64,000 nt of DNA from Klebsiella pneumoniae (lineage in GTDB: Bacteria > Pseudomonadota > Gammaproteobacteria > Steroidobacterales > Steroidobacteraceae): contig CAMAQZ010000001.1 of the NCBI GenBank assembly GCA_945860725.1, forward strand, positions 17,665-81,664, in the 5' to 3' direction. The translations under genes and the position numbers were made by a program. Shown piece by piece: positions 12,462-22,325 of the stretch (its first letter is position 1; the number at the start of each line of letters is the position of its first letter). Under the pieces are notes generated by a model. It ran no database searches. It was not told where the DNA came from and was given only the letters and a program-made list of their open reading frames with translations.

Positions 12462-14057
12462 ATGAACCGGGTAATGTCTATGCTTCAGCGTCCCTTAGTG
12501 CGTCGCAGCCTCGCTGCGGTGTCGGCCGTGCTGGTCTTCACCGCCTGTCAGCCGCAGGCCTCTACCGCCGCCTCCTCCGGTGACGCCCAAGCGGCCACGC
12601 CATCGGATGTCGCCGCACCGCCCGCGACACCCGCCGTCCAAGGCCGAATGATGTTGCCGGACTTCGCCTCTCTGGTGCAGCAGCACGGCCCAGCCGTGGT
12701 CAATATCTCCACCAAGGGCAAGCGGGTGCCGTTGCGTGGTCGTGGCATGGCCCCGGACGACCCGATGTTGGAGTTCTTCCGCCGCTTCGGTCTGCCCGGG
12801 ATGCCCGGGATGCCCGGCGCGCCGCGTGGGCAGGACCCGCGTGGCGGTCCGCCCTCGTCGCAGGACAACGGTGAGGAGGGTCCCTCGATGCGCCAGCCGG
12901 GCGGTGAGGGGTCGGGTTTCATCGTTGCTGCCGACGGGGTCGTCCTCACCAACGCCCATGTCGTCAAAGACGCCGATGAGATCACCGTCAAGCTCACCGA
13001 CCGACGTGAGTTCAAGGCCAAGCTGGTCGGTCTCGATGAGGCCACGGACGTGGCCGTACTGCGCATCGAGGCCAAGGGATTGCCTTCGGTGCGCCTCGGT
13101 GACCCAAAGAAGTTGCGTCCCGGCGAATGGGTGTTCGCGATCGGCTCACCGTTCGGTTTCGAGAACAGCGTCACGGCGGGGGTCGTCAGCTCGACCGGTC
13201 GCGGACTCGGCGGCCAGGAATCGCGCTTCGTCAACTTCATTCAGACCGACGTGGCCGTGAATCCCGGCAATTCGGGTGGTCCGCTCTTTAACCTCGACGG
13301 TGAAGTGGTCGGCATCAACTCCCAGATCTACAGCCGCTCGGGCGGCTACATGGGCATCTCGTTCGCGATTCCCATCGATCTCGCCACCGACATCCAGCGC
13401 CAGCTCGTGGCGAATGGCCGCGTCGCGCGCGGCCGCATCGGTGTCGCCATCGGCGAGGTCAACTCCGACATCGCCGAGGGCTTCGGTCTCGACCGGCCGC
13501 GTGGTGCTTTGGTGAACAGCGTCGAGCCGGGCGGACCCGCGGCGAAAGCCGGTCTGCGGGAGGGCGATATCATCCTCGCGGCCAACGGGCGCCTCATCGA
13601 GCGCTCGGAGGAACTGCCGACGGTGATCGGCCTGATCCGGCCGGGCACCGAGGCACCGCTCGAGATCTGGCGCGATCGCGCCACCAAGCGTCTGTCGGTG
13701 CGCATCGGCGAGCTCGAGCCGCCGGTGGCGACGGTGGCTGATGCGGGCAAGTCGGCGGCGGCACCGGCCACCGCGGTTGATCGGCTCGGTCTCGTGGTCC
13801 GCGAGCTCACCAGCGAGGAGCGTGCACGGCGCGCCGCGGACGATGCAGCGACGGATGGCATGCTGCTCGTGGAGCGTGCCCAGGGCGCCGCAGGGGAGTC
13901 GGGCATCCAGCGGGGCGATCTGATCCTCGGTGTGAACGGCAAGCGCACCCGCTCGCTCAAGGAATTCCGCGACGCCGTGGCGCAAGCTGGCAAAGTCGTC
14001 GCTTTGCTCGTGCAGCGTGGCGACCAACAGGTGTTCATCCCCGTACGCCCCGGCTGA
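12462..14057 (+). CDS. Periplasmic serine endoprotease, DegP/DegQ/MucD family (two PDZ domains)
   Basis: TNAHVV, DVAVL and GNSGGPL catalytic-triad contexts. 531 aa. Confidence 0.9.
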   Translation: MNRVMSMLQRPLVRRSLAAVSAVLVFTACQPQASTAASSGDAQAATPSDVAAPPATPAVQGRMMLPDFASLVQQHGPAVVNISTKGKRVPLRGRGMAPDDPMLEFFRRFGLPGMPGMPGAPRGQDPRGGPPSSQDNGEEGPSMRQPGGEGSGFIVAADGVVLTNAHVVKDADEITVKLTDRREFKAKLVGLDEATDVAVLRIEAKGLPSVRLGDPKKLRPGEWVFAIGSPFGFENSVTAGVVSSTGRGLGGQESRFVNFIQTDVAVNPGNSGGPLFNLDGEVVGINSQIYSRSGGYMGISFAIPIDLATDIQRQLVANGRVARGRIGVAIGEVNSDIAEGFGLDRPRGALVNSVEPGGPAAKAGLREGDIILAANGRLIERSEELPTVIGLIRPGTEAPLEIWRDRATKRLSVRIGELEPPVATVADAGKSAAAPATAVDRLGLVVRELTSEERARRAADDAATDGMLLVERAQGAAGESGIQRGDLILGVNGKRTRSLKEFRDAVAQAGKVVALLVQRGDQQVFIPVRPG

Positions 14058-14149
14058 CCCGTCCTCTGCATGGCCGGTCGCGCAGCGGTGCAGCCGGTCG
14101 TGTATCCTCCCGGCTTGCATTTTTTATCCGGGAATTGCGCGGTTTTGCC

Positions 14150-16813
14150 ATGGAAGAACGATACGACCCGGCCGCCGTGGAGCGTGCCGCACAGCAGCAC
14201 TGGGCCGATCACCGCTGCTTCGCGGGTCTAGATCCTGCACCGGACGCGGGTCCGTCAGCGCGCGGCGAGAAGTTCTACTGCCTCTCCATGTTCCCGTATC
14301 CCTCCGGGCGGTTGCACATGGGTCATGTGCGCAATTACGCCATCGGCGATGCGCTGTCGCGCTTCATGCGTATGCAGGGCCGCAACGTGATGCAGCCGAT
14401 GGGTTGGGATGCGTTCGGTCTGCCCGCGGAGAACGCCGCGATGGCCAACGGCGTCGCCCCTGCCAAATGGACCCGCGACAACATCGCGTACATGAAGAAG
14501 CAGTTGCAGGCGCTCGGGTTTGCGCTCGACTGGGAGCGTGAGTTCGCGACCTGCGACCCGTCCTATTACCGCTGGAATCAATGGCTGTTCCTGCGGATGC
14601 GCGAAAAAGGCATCGCATACAAAAAGACCGGCGTCGTGAACTGGGATCCGCTCGACCAGACCGTGCTCGCCAACGAGCAGGTGATCGACGGCCGTGGCTG
14701 GCGCACCGGCGCGCTCATCGAGAAGCGCGAGATCCCGATGTACTACCTCAACATCACGGCCTACGCCGATGAGCTGCTCGGCGCGCTCAAGGGGCTCAAT
14801 GGCTGGCCGGAGCGTGTGCGGACCATGCAGGCCAACTGGATCGGCCGCAGCGAGGGTGTCGAGGTCTCGTTCCCGCTGGCCGACGATGCGCGCGCCGCGC
14901 TCGCCGCGACGGCGGTGGACCTGCCGGCGCTCAAGGTCTTCACCACCCGTGTCGATACGCTGTTCGGCGTGACCTTCATGGCCGTCGCTGCGGAGCATCC
15001 GCTCGCACTCGCCGCCGGCGCGCACGACCCGGCGCTGCAGGTCTTCATCGACGAGTGCCGTCGCGGCAGCACCATGGAAGCCGATGTCGCCACGATCGAG
15101 AAGAAGGGGCGGGTCACCGGCCTGCATGTTCTGCACCCCTTCACCGGTCAGACGATCGAGGTCTGGGTCGCCAACTATGTGCTGATGGGCTACGGCGAGG
15201 GTGCGGTGATGGGCGTGCCCGCGCACGATGAGCGCGACTTCGAGTTCGCCTCGCAGAACGGCATCGCGATCCGCACCGTCGTGCGGCCCGAGGGCGTCGA
15301 GTGGCAGACGGTCGAAGCGCCGTGGCAACCGTCCTACGGCGAGCACGGACTGACGATCGGTTCCGGCGAGTTCACCGGGCTCGGATTCCATGCCGCGGTC
15401 GATGCGATCTCCGCGGCGCTCGAAGAGCGCAGCCTCGGCCGCAAGCGTGTGCAGTTCCGGCTGCGCGACTGGGGCATCTCGCGGCAACGCTACTGGGGCT
15501 GTCCGATCCCCCTGGTCCATTGCGATCATTGCGGCGAGGTCCCGGTGCCGGACGCGCAGTTGCCGGTGGTGCTGCCGGAGGATCTGGTGCCGGACGGCAG
15601 CGGCAATCCGCTCGGCAAGACGCCCGCTTTCTTCAAAGTCGATTGCCCCGCTTGCGGCCGGTCGGCGCGGCGCGAGACCGACACCATGGACACCTTCGTG
15701 GATTCGTCCTGGTACTTTCTGCGTTTCACCTCGCCGGACAACGCGCAATTGATGGTGGATGAACGCGCGCGTTATTGGCTGCCCGTCGACCAGTACATCG
15801 GCGGCATCGAGCACGCGATCTTGCACCTGCTCTATGCGCGCTTCTGGACCAAGGTGATGCGCGACCTCGGCCTCGTCGGCCTCGATGAACCGTTCGCCAA
15901 CCTCTTCACGCAGGGGATGGTGCTGAACCATATCTACTCGCAGCAGCCAGCCACCGGCCGGCGCAGCTTCTTCAATCCCGCCGATGTGGATGTCGTCGAC
16001 GAAGCTGGTGAGAAGCGCTACATCGCCACCCGTCCCGATGGCAGCACGCTCGAGGTGCGCTACGACGGTCTCGGCACCATGTCGAAGTCCAAGAACAACG
16101 GTGTCGATCCGCAGAGCCTCGTCGAGAAGTTCGGCGCCGATACGGCGCGGCTCTTCATGATGTTCGCCGCGCCGCCCGAGCAAACACTCGAGTGGTCGGA
16201 CGAGGGCGTACAGGGGTCGTTCCGTTTCCTGCGCCGTCTCTGGAAGGCGGTACACGAGCATGTCTCTGCCGGGCCTGCAGCCGCGATCGGTGAGACGCTC
16301 GCATCCGGGTCGTTGGCAGCCCCGCAGAAGGCGCTGCGTCGCGCAGCCCACCAGACCCTCGCCAAGGTCACCGACGACATCGGGCGGCGCCGCACCTTCA
16401 ACACGGCCGTGGCGGCGGTGATGGAACTGCTCAACGCGATCAGCCGCTTCGAGGACCGCTCGGCCACAGGTCGTGCCGTGGTGCAGGAGGCACTGGAGAT
16501 CGCTGTCATCGCGCTCTCGCCGATGGTGCCGCATATCACTCACGCGCTCTGGGCGGCGCTCGGCCACGACACTGCGCTGGTCGATGTGCGCTGGCCGTCC
16601 GCCGACGCACAGGCGTTGGTGCAGGATGAGATCACGCTCGCGGTGCAGGTCAACGGCAAACTGCGCAGCCAGATCTCCGTGTCGGTCGATGCGGACGAGG
16701 CGTCCGTGCGCGCCCTCGCGCTCGCCGATGACATGGTACGGCGGTTCATCGGCGAGGCGACCCCGAAGAGGGTGATCGTGGTGCCGCGCAAGCTCGTGAA
16801 TGTGGTGGTGTGA
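14150..16813 (+). CDS. leuS: Leucine--tRNA ligase
   Basis: [31 protein letters not shown] (HIGH region) and KMSKSKNN. Start at Met6 of the track ORF. Confidence 0.97.
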   Translation: MEERYDPAAVERAAQQHWADHRCFAGLDPAPDAGPSARGEKFYCLSMFPYPSGRLHMGHVRNYAIGDALSRFMRMQGRNVMQPMGWDAFGLPAENAAMANGVAPAKWTRDNIAYMKKQLQALGFALDWEREFATCDPSYYRWNQWLFLRMREKGIAYKKTGVVNWDPLDQTVLANEQVIDGRGWRTGALIEKREIPMYYLNITAYADELLGALKGLNGWPERVRTMQANWIGRSEGVEVSFPLADDARAALAATAVDLPALKVFTTRVDTLFGVTFMAVAAEHPLALAAGAHDPALQVFIDECRRGSTMEADVATIEKKGRVTGLHVLHPFTGQTIEVWVANYVLMGYGEGAVMGVPAHDERDFEFASQNGIAIRTVVRPEGVEWQTVEAPWQPSYGEHGLTIGSGEFTGLGFHAAVDAISAALEERSLGRKRVQFRLRDWGISRQRYWGCPIPLVHCDHCGEVPVPDAQLPVVLPEDLVPDGSGNPLGKTPAFFKVDCPACGRSARRETDTMDTFVDSSWYFLRFTSPDNAQLMVDERARYWLPVDQYIGGIEHAILHLLYARFWTKVMRDLGLVGLDEPFANLFTQGMVLNHIYSQQPATGRRSFFNPADVDVVDEAGEKRYIATRPDGSTLEVRYDGLGTMSKSKNNGVDPQSLVEKFGADTARLFMMFAAPPEQTLEWSDEGVQGSFRFLRRLWKAVHEHVSAGPAAAIGETLASGSLAAPQKALRRAAHQTLAKVTDDIGRRRTFNTAVAAVMELLNAISRFEDRSATGRAVVQEALEIAVIALSPMVPHITHALWAALGHDTALVDVRWPSADAQALVQDEITLAVQVNGKLRSQISVSVDADEASVRALALADDMVRRFIGEATPKRVIVVPRKLVNVVV

Positions 16814-17340
16814 TGGCCTGCGGTCCGCGTGAGGCTCAGCTCGTCCCGCGCGCTGCGCTCGTGGTGTTGCTGGCGCTCACCGGGGGCTGCGGTTTCGTGC
16901 TGCAAGGTGCCGCGCCGCTGCCGCGCGCGGTGTCGGTGGTGCGGATCGATACCGCTGAACCGCGCACCGCCTTTGCCGATGCGTTGCAGCGTCGACTGCG
17001 TGCGGCGGGTGTGACGCTCGCAACCTCGGCCGTGCCAGCCTTGCCGGACGCCACGAGCACAGCGGTCCTGCGCATCGAACGCGACGAGTTCTTGGAGCGG
17101 GTGGCCGCCTTGTCGGCACGCAATGTGCCACGTGAGTACGAGTACACGTATGTGGTCCGTTGGTCGCTCGAGAGCGCCGGGGTGCGCCGTGTCGAGACCT
17201 CTGAGCTCACCGCTTCACGCAACCTGACCTTCGACGAGCGGCGCGTGCTCGCCAAGCAGCGCGAGCGCGAGCAGTTGAGGGAAGCGCTCGCCGAGGAGCT
17301 GGTCGGCGTGGTGCTGCAGCGGATCTCGGGCTTGCGCTGA
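16813..17340 (+). CDS. lptE: LPS-assembly lipoprotein LptE
   Basis: Lipobox LTGGC followed by GFVLQG. Conserved position directly after leuS. Confidence 0.85.
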   Translation: MACGPREAQLVPRAALVVLLALTGGCGFVLQGAAPLPRAVSVVRIDTAEPRTAFADALQRRLRAAGVTLATSAVPALPDATSTAVLRIERDEFLERVAALSARNVPREYEYTYVVRWSLESAGVRRVETSELTASRNLTFDERRVLAKQREREQLREALAEELVGVVLQRISGLR

Positions 17341-17348
17341 GGGCTGTC

Positions 17349-17822
17349 GTGCAGCGCATCGATGAGGCGATGCTTGCCGCGCTGCGAGCGCTGCTCGGAC
17401 CGCCCGGTCTGCGACTGCACAGCGTGCCTCCCGACTCCGATATCCCCGGTTCCTATTGGGGCAGCCCCGAAGCGGGGCTCATCGGCGATACGCTCTTCTG
17501 GCGCACGGACACGCCGCTGCATTCAGCGCTGCACGAGGCTGCGCATTGGGTCTGCATGACGCCGCAACGCAGGTCGACGCTCGAGCGCGACGCGGGCGGC
17601 GATGAGGCCGAGGAGAGTGCGGTCTGTTACCTGCAGATCCTGTGGGCGGATGTTTTGCCCGGGACGAGCGCCGCAAGGGTGATGTCGGACATGGACGCCT
17701 GGGGCTACAGTTTCAGGCTCGGATCCGCCGCGCGTTGGTTCCACGAGGATGCCGATGACGCACGGCAGTGGCTCGCAGCACGGGGGCTGCTGCCTAGGTG
17801 TTCCGCTCAGCGGTCGGCGTAG
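17349..17822 (+). CDS. Hypothetical 157-aa protein with an HExxH motif (LHSALHEAAHWVCM)
   Basis: Codon third positions are G/C-rich in this frame, like the flanking genes. It starts 8 nt after the lptE stop. No family recognised with confidence. Confidence 0.6.
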   Translation: MQRIDEAMLAALRALLGPPGLRLHSVPPDSDIPGSYWGSPEAGLIGDTLFWRTDTPLHSALHEAAHWVCMTPQRRSTLERDAGGDEAEESAVCYLQILWADVLPGTSAARVMSDMDAWGYSFRLGSAARWFHEDADDARQWLAARGLLPRCSAQRSA

Positions 17823-18763
17823 CGATCGGTGGCGGCGACCAGCTCGGCGAGGATGCCGGGTTCGAACGCGGAGTGTCCGGCGTCCGGCACGACGCGCAGC
17901 TCGGCTTCCGGCCAGGCGCAGTGCAGATCCCACGCGCTCTTCATCGGGCAGACGATGTCATAGCGGCCTTGCACGATCACCGCCGGGAGGTGGCGGATCT
18001 TCGGCACCCCATCGAGGAGCTGGTTGGGGTCGTGCAGGAAGCCGCCGTTGACGAAGTAATGGCACTCGATGCGTGCGAAGGCGTCGGCGACCTCGGCATC
18101 GTCGAACTTGGCGATGTAGCCGGGGTCGAGGCGCAGGAAGCTCGTGGCGCCCTCCCATTTCGACCAGCTACGGGCGGCTTCGCTGCGCACGGCGGCGTCG
18201 TCGCTGGTGAGACGGCGATAGTAGGCCGTCATCACCTCGCTGCGCTCGGCTTGCGTGAGCAGCCCGACGAACTCGGCATAGAGCTCCGGGTACAGCGCGC
18301 CGGTACCGTCCGGTGTGCCGTAGAACCAATCGAACTCCCACGGGCGCACCAGGAAGATGCCGCGCAGCACGAGCTCGGTGACCCGCGTCGGATGGGTCTG
18401 CGCGTAGGCGAGCGCCAGCGTCGAACCCCAAGAACCGCCGAACAGCTGCCAGCGCTCGATGCCGAGGTGGAGGCGCAGTGTCTCCATGTCCTCGACGAGG
18501 TGCCAGGTGGTGTTGTCGATCAAGCTTGCATGGGGGCGGCTCTGGCCGCAGCCGCGTTGGTCGAACAGCACGATGCGGTAGCGCGCAGGGTCGAAGAACC
18601 GGCGTTGGCGCGGATCGGTACCGCCGCCCGGGCCACCGTGCAGGAACACCACCGGCTTGCCGGTCGGGTTGCCGCTCTCTTCCCAATAGATCTCGTGCAG
18701 ATCGGAGACACGCAGCCAGCCGCTGCGGTGGGCTTCGATCGGCGGATAGAGGTTGCGGCTCAT
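17807..18763 (-). CDS. pip: Proline iminopeptidase (S33 alpha/beta hydrolase)
   Basis: MSRNLYPPIEAHRSGWLRVSDLHEIYWEESGNPTGKPVVFLHGGPGGG is the typical Pip N-terminus, and GGSWGSTLAL is the nucleophile elbow. Confidence 0.9.
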   Translation of the reverse strand: MSRNLYPPIEAHRSGWLRVSDLHEIYWEESGNPTGKPVVFLHGGPGGGTDPRQRRFFDPARYRIVLFDQRGCGQSRPHASLIDNTTWHLVEDMETLRLHLGIERWQLFGGSWGSTLALAYAQTHPTRVTELVLRGIFLVRPWEFDWFYGTPDGTGALYPELYAEFVGLLTQAERSEVMTAYYRRLTSDDAAVRSEAARSWSKWEGATSFLRLDPGYIAKFDDAEVADAFARIECHYFVNGGFLHDPNQLLDGVPKIRHLPAVIVQGRYDIVCPMKSAWDLHCAWPEAELRVVPDAGHSAFEPGILAELVAATDRYADR

Positions 18764-18770
18764 GAGCAGA

Positions 18771-19118
18771 TCACCTCGCACTGATCATAGGGCCGAGCGG
18801 TGCACCGCCGACCAGATGGACGTGCAGGTGGTAGACCTCCTGCCCGCCGTGTTCACGACAGTTGATGATGAGGCGGTAGCCGTCCGCTGCGATGCCCTCG
18901 CGGCGCGCCAAGTCGCGTGCGACGGTGAACAGGTGCCCGATGAGTGCTTCATCGCTGTCATCGATGTCGTCGGCGGTCGCGATAGGCTTGTTGGGGACGA
19001 CCAGGATGTGCACCGGCGCCCGAGGATGGATGTCACGGAAGGCCGTCACGCGATCGTCCTGATGGATGATGTCGGCAGGCAACTCGCGGGCGATGATGCG
19101 CTCGAACAGCGTGGGCAT
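18771..19118 (-). CDS. HIT-family (Hint-like) nucleotide hydrolase
   Basis: MPTLFERIIARELPADIIHQDD.. and the histidine-triad HLHVHLVGG. Start at Met22 of the track ORF. Confidence 0.88.
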   Translation of the reverse strand: MPTLFERIIARELPADIIHQDDRVTAFRDIHPRAPVHILVVPNKPIATADDIDDSDEALIGHLFTVARDLARREGIAADGYRLIINCREHGGQEVYHLHVHLVGGAPLGPMISAR

Positions 19119-19128
19119 GGCCGGGTCC

Positions 19129-19710
19129 TCAGTACTTGTAGATCTCGACATCGGAGGCGGCCAATTGGTAGGCCGCGGCACCGAGGCGGGTCGACTTGTT
19201 CACCACCTTCATGCGACCGGTGATCCAGTACGCTTCGTAGATGGAGTCGAGGGCGATACCCTTGCTGATGCGTACATGCACGATCTGGTTAGGTGGCGGC
19301 GGCGGCACATGGATGCAGGCGCCGAAGTAGGGCACGAGGAAGAAGTCCGTGACCAGACCGTCCTTGCCGACATCGAGCGGTACGATGAACCCCGGGATCT
19401 TGATCAGCGCGCCGTCGAGCGCCTTGTTGATCGAGAAATCCATCATCTGCTGCGCGGCGAGACCGCCCTCGCCCAAGGTGTCGTGGGTCGGGGGCGGTGG
19501 TCCGCCCGAGAAGCGCGCACGGACGTCCTGCGGCAGCAGTTCGTCCCAGTCGAGTTCACGCGCGGCACCCGCAGGCGCTTTGGGACCGGGCTTCACGACC
19601 GGCGCCGGCGTGCCGACCGGTGGTGGGGTGACGCTCTGGGCGACGGCGCTACACAGCGAGACGACGAGCAGGGCGCTGAGCGTGACGAGTCGGAGACGTG
19701 TTGTGTGCAT
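19129..19710 (-). CDS. DUF3299-family exported protein (ZrgD / PA4066-like)
   Basis: Signal peptide MHTTRLRLVTLSALLVVSLCSAVA and the motif FFLVPYFGACIHVPPPPPNQIVHV, which I recall as the DUF3299 signature. Confidence 0.75.
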   Translation of the reverse strand: MHTTRLRLVTLSALLVVSLCSAVAQSVTPPPVGTPAPVVKPGPKAPAGAARELDWDELLPQDVRARFSGGPPPPTHDTLGEGGLAAQQMMDFSINKALDGALIKIPGFIVPLDVGKDGLVTDFFLVPYFGACIHVPPPPPNQIVHVRISKGIALDSIYEAYWITGRMKVVNKSTRLGAAAYQLAASDVEIYKY

Positions 19711-19712
19711 GG

Positions 19713-20975
19713 TCAGACCCGCAAGGTGAGGCCGTCGGAGAGGGTATTGCGATAGGCTCGCCACGCGGGCAGCGCGCCCATCAGCAGCGCGGCGAGGATG
19801 ATCGCGCCGAGCAGCGTCATATCGTAACCGGTCAGGCCACCCGGTTCGAGGAAGATACCGAAGCGACGCTCGAGCAGGGGGCGCGCTGCGGCGATCAGGC
19901 CGTAGCAGAGCGCGACACCGGCTGCGACCCCACCCGTCGCGAGCAGCCCGGCTTCGGTGATCAGCAGCGTGAAGACATGCCTCGGCTGCGCGCCGACCGA
20001 GCGCAGGATCGCCATCTCGCGCCGTCGCTCGTTGAGGCTGGTGAGGATGGCCGTGAGCATGCCGAGCAGGCCTGCGAGCACCACGAAGGCGGCGATGATC
20101 ATGAGCGCCGTGTCGGCGATGCCGACCAGGTTCCAGAGCTGCGTGAGCGCGACCCCGGGGATGATGGCGAGCAGCGCCTCCTGGCGGTAATCATTGACGG
20201 CACGCTGCAGCCCGAAGGTCATGACCCGGTTCTCCATGCCCACCATGAAGGCGGTGATGGAGGTGGGCGTCAACGCCATCGTCCGCGCCGTCTCGGCATC
20301 GACGCCTGCGCCGGGCAGTGCGCGCATGCCGGATTGCCAGTCGATGTGGATGGCGGTGAGCGCCTCGAGGCTCACGTGCACGGTGCGATCAACCGGTGTG
20401 CCGGTGCGCGCGAGGATGCCGACGACCCGGAACGGCTTGTCCTCGTGGTTGGCGAAGCTGACCTTGCCGAGACCGTGGGCGATGACGATGGGGTCACCGA
20501 GCCGGTAGCCGAGCTGCTGCGCCACCTCGGCGCCGAGCACGGTGTCATAGAGGTCGGTGAAAGGTTTGCCTGTGTCGAAGCTGAGCTCACGCCCGCCCGC
20601 GAAGCGATAGTGGCGGAAATAGTCGAGGTTGGTGCCGAGCACACGGAAGCCACGATGCGAGTCGCCGAGTGACAGCGGGATGGTCCAGGCGACATCGCTG
20701 CGACCCGCGACTTTCTGGTAGGTCTCCCAACTAACGTTGGCGGTGGCGTCGCCGACCCGGAACACCGAATAAAGCAGCAGGTTGAGCTGACCGGAGCGGG
20801 CGCCGACGATGAGGTCGACCCCCGAGACGGTGTTGGCGAAGCCTTCGCGGGCGGCGGTGCGTGTCTTTTGCACGCCCAGCAGCAGCGCGACGCTGACCGC
20901 GATGGCGGCGAGCGTCAGCAGCGCCGTGGTGCGGCGGTTGCGCAGCGACCGAAGCGCGAGCGTGAGGGTCTTCAA
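19713..20975 (-). CDS. ABC transporter permease, FtsX/MacB type
   Basis: LRSLRNRRTTALLTLAAIAVSVALL N-terminal TM helix, a large periplasmic loop and a C-terminal FtsX TM bundle. Proposed TTG start overlaps the ATPase stop (TTGA). Confidence 0.8.
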   Translation of the reverse strand: MKTLTLALRSLRNRRTTALLTLAAIAVSVALLLGVQKTRTAAREGFANTVSGVDLIVGARSGQLNLLLYSVFRVGDATANVSWETYQKVAGRSDVAWTIPLSLGDSHRGFRVLGTNLDYFRHYRFAGGRELSFDTGKPFTDLYDTVLGAEVAQQLGYRLGDPIVIAHGLGKVSFANHEDKPFRVVGILARTGTPVDRTVHVSLEALTAIHIDWQSGMRALPGAGVDAETARTMALTPTSITAFMVGMENRVMTFGLQRAVNDYRQEALLAIIPGVALTQLWNLVGIADTALMIIAAFVVLAGLLGMLTAILTSLNERRREMAILRSVGAQPRHVFTLLITEAGLLATGGVAAGVALCYGLIAAARPLLERRFGIFLEPGGLTGYDMTLLGAIILAALLMGALPAWRAYRNTLSDGLTLRV

Positions 20976-21748
20976 ACCGCCACCCCAGCATCGATCGCAC
21001 GGTTGAGATCGGCGAGCGAGAGCACACGGTCGAAGAGACCGCCGAGCGAGGTGTCGTGGCTGACGAAGAGCAGCGTCGTGCCCTGTGCGCGGCATTCGTC
21101 CATCAGCAACTGCAGGAACTGGCCGCGCGCATCGTGGTCGAGCGCCGAGGTCGGCTCATCGGCGACCAGGATCTCAGGCCGACCGAGCAACGCGCGGGCA
21201 GCAGCGACCCGTTGTTGCTGCCCGATGGAGAGATCGGTCACCGGTCGTGCCAGCAGATCCGCGGAGCCCAAACCGAGCGCGCCGAGCAGTCGCCGGCCTT
21301 CGGCTGCGAGATCGCGACCGGGTACCCGTGCGGCACGGGCCGGGGAGAACTGCGCCGGCAAGATCACGTTCTCGAGCACGCCGAGATAGGGGATGAGGTT
21401 GAACATCTGGAATATAAAGCCGAGATGTTCGCCGCGGAAACGGTCGCGGCCGCTCGGCGAGAGTGCCGCAAGGTCGGTCCCGAGCAGCCGCACACTGCCG
21501 CGTTGCGGCACCAGCACGCCACCGATGAGACCGAGCAGCGTGCTCTTGCCGCTGCCGCTCGGACCACGCAGGAACACGCGTTCACCTCGCGCCACGACCA
21601 TCGCAGGCACTTCGAGCAACGGCGGTTTTCGCGGCCAACCGAAGAGCAGATCACGGACATCGATCGCCGCACCCTGCACGCCGTGCGAGACGGGGGCCGC
21701 AGGGTCTGCCGCGGGAGGGTCAGCGTCGGGACTGGTAGGCCGGTTCAC
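20972..21748 (-). CDS. ABC transporter ATP-binding protein
   Basis: Walker A GPSGSGKST, signature LSIGQQQR, Walker B ILVADEPTSALD. Confidence 0.92.
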   Translation of the reverse strand: MNRPTSPDADPPAADPAAPVSHGVQGAAIDVRDLLFGWPRKPPLLEVPAMVVARGERVFLRGPSGSGKSTLLGLIGGVLVPQRGSVRLLGTDLAALSPSGRDRFRGEHLGFIFQMFNLIPYLGVLENVILPAQFSPARAARVPGRDLAAEGRRLLGALGLGSADLLARPVTDLSIGQQQRVAAARALLGRPEILVADEPTSALDHDARGQFLQLLMDECRAQGTTLLFVSHDTSLGGLFDRVLSLADLNRAIDAGVAV

Positions 21749-21757
21749 TCCAATATT

Positions 21758-22279
21758 TTACCGCAATGCGATGCGTCCGGCGGTTTCTCGGAGGATCTCC
21801 TGACGCTGTACGCCCGGTGCGACGATGTTGACCTCGGTCTTCTCGACACCCTGCATGCGCCGCAGCGCCCAAGGTTCAGCCCAAGCAAGCGCAGCGGGGT
21901 CGGTACAGGTGAAGGTGTAGTGGCCACGGAAATCGACATGTCCGCTGCCGATCTTTGGCGGCGTGAAGACGCTGGCGGTGAGACGGCAGCCGGCGGCGGT
22001 CGGTACACCGATCATCTCGCGACCGCTGCGGAACCAGATCTCGGCGGCCGCCACGGCGGCGCGCTCTGCCGGATTGCGCGGCGCCTGCTCGAAGCCGAGC
22101 ACCTGTGCGCCGGTGGCCTCGATCTCGGCGATGAGCGTGACGCCCTCGAGCGCGAGGTTCAGGATCACCTCACCGTGCACGTGCGAGCCGTGGTGGTGCA
22201 TCTCGTCGGCGGTGGCGAGGGTGAGACCGAGCAGTGGCAGGCTCGACAGCAGCCAAGCGCGTAAGGGGTAGCGGCTCAT
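21758..22279 (-). CDS. DUF2796-family periplasmic metal-binding protein (ZrgA / PA4063-like)
   Basis: Signal peptide followed by the His-rich DEMHHHGSHVHGE. Start at Met12 of the track ORF. Confidence 0.7.
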   Translation of the reverse strand: MSRYPLRAWLLSSLPLLGLTLATADEMHHHGSHVHGEVILNLALEGVTLIAEIEATGAQVLGFEQAPRNPAERAAVAAAEIWFRSGREMIGVPTAAGCRLTASVFTPPKIGSGHVDFRGHYTFTCTDPAALAWAEPWALRRMQGVEKTEVNIVAPGVQRQEILRETAGRIALR

Positions 22280-22325
22280 CGGTGGACCTCCAGCAGCATC
22301 GACAGGCAGCATCGACAGTCAGTGG

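Noticed and set aside
14255-16567. 770-aa ORF antisense to leuS.
   Set aside because: Same reasoning: it is a shadow ORF of a GC-rich gene, with no recognisable domain, and the LeuS frame carries HIGH and KMSKS.
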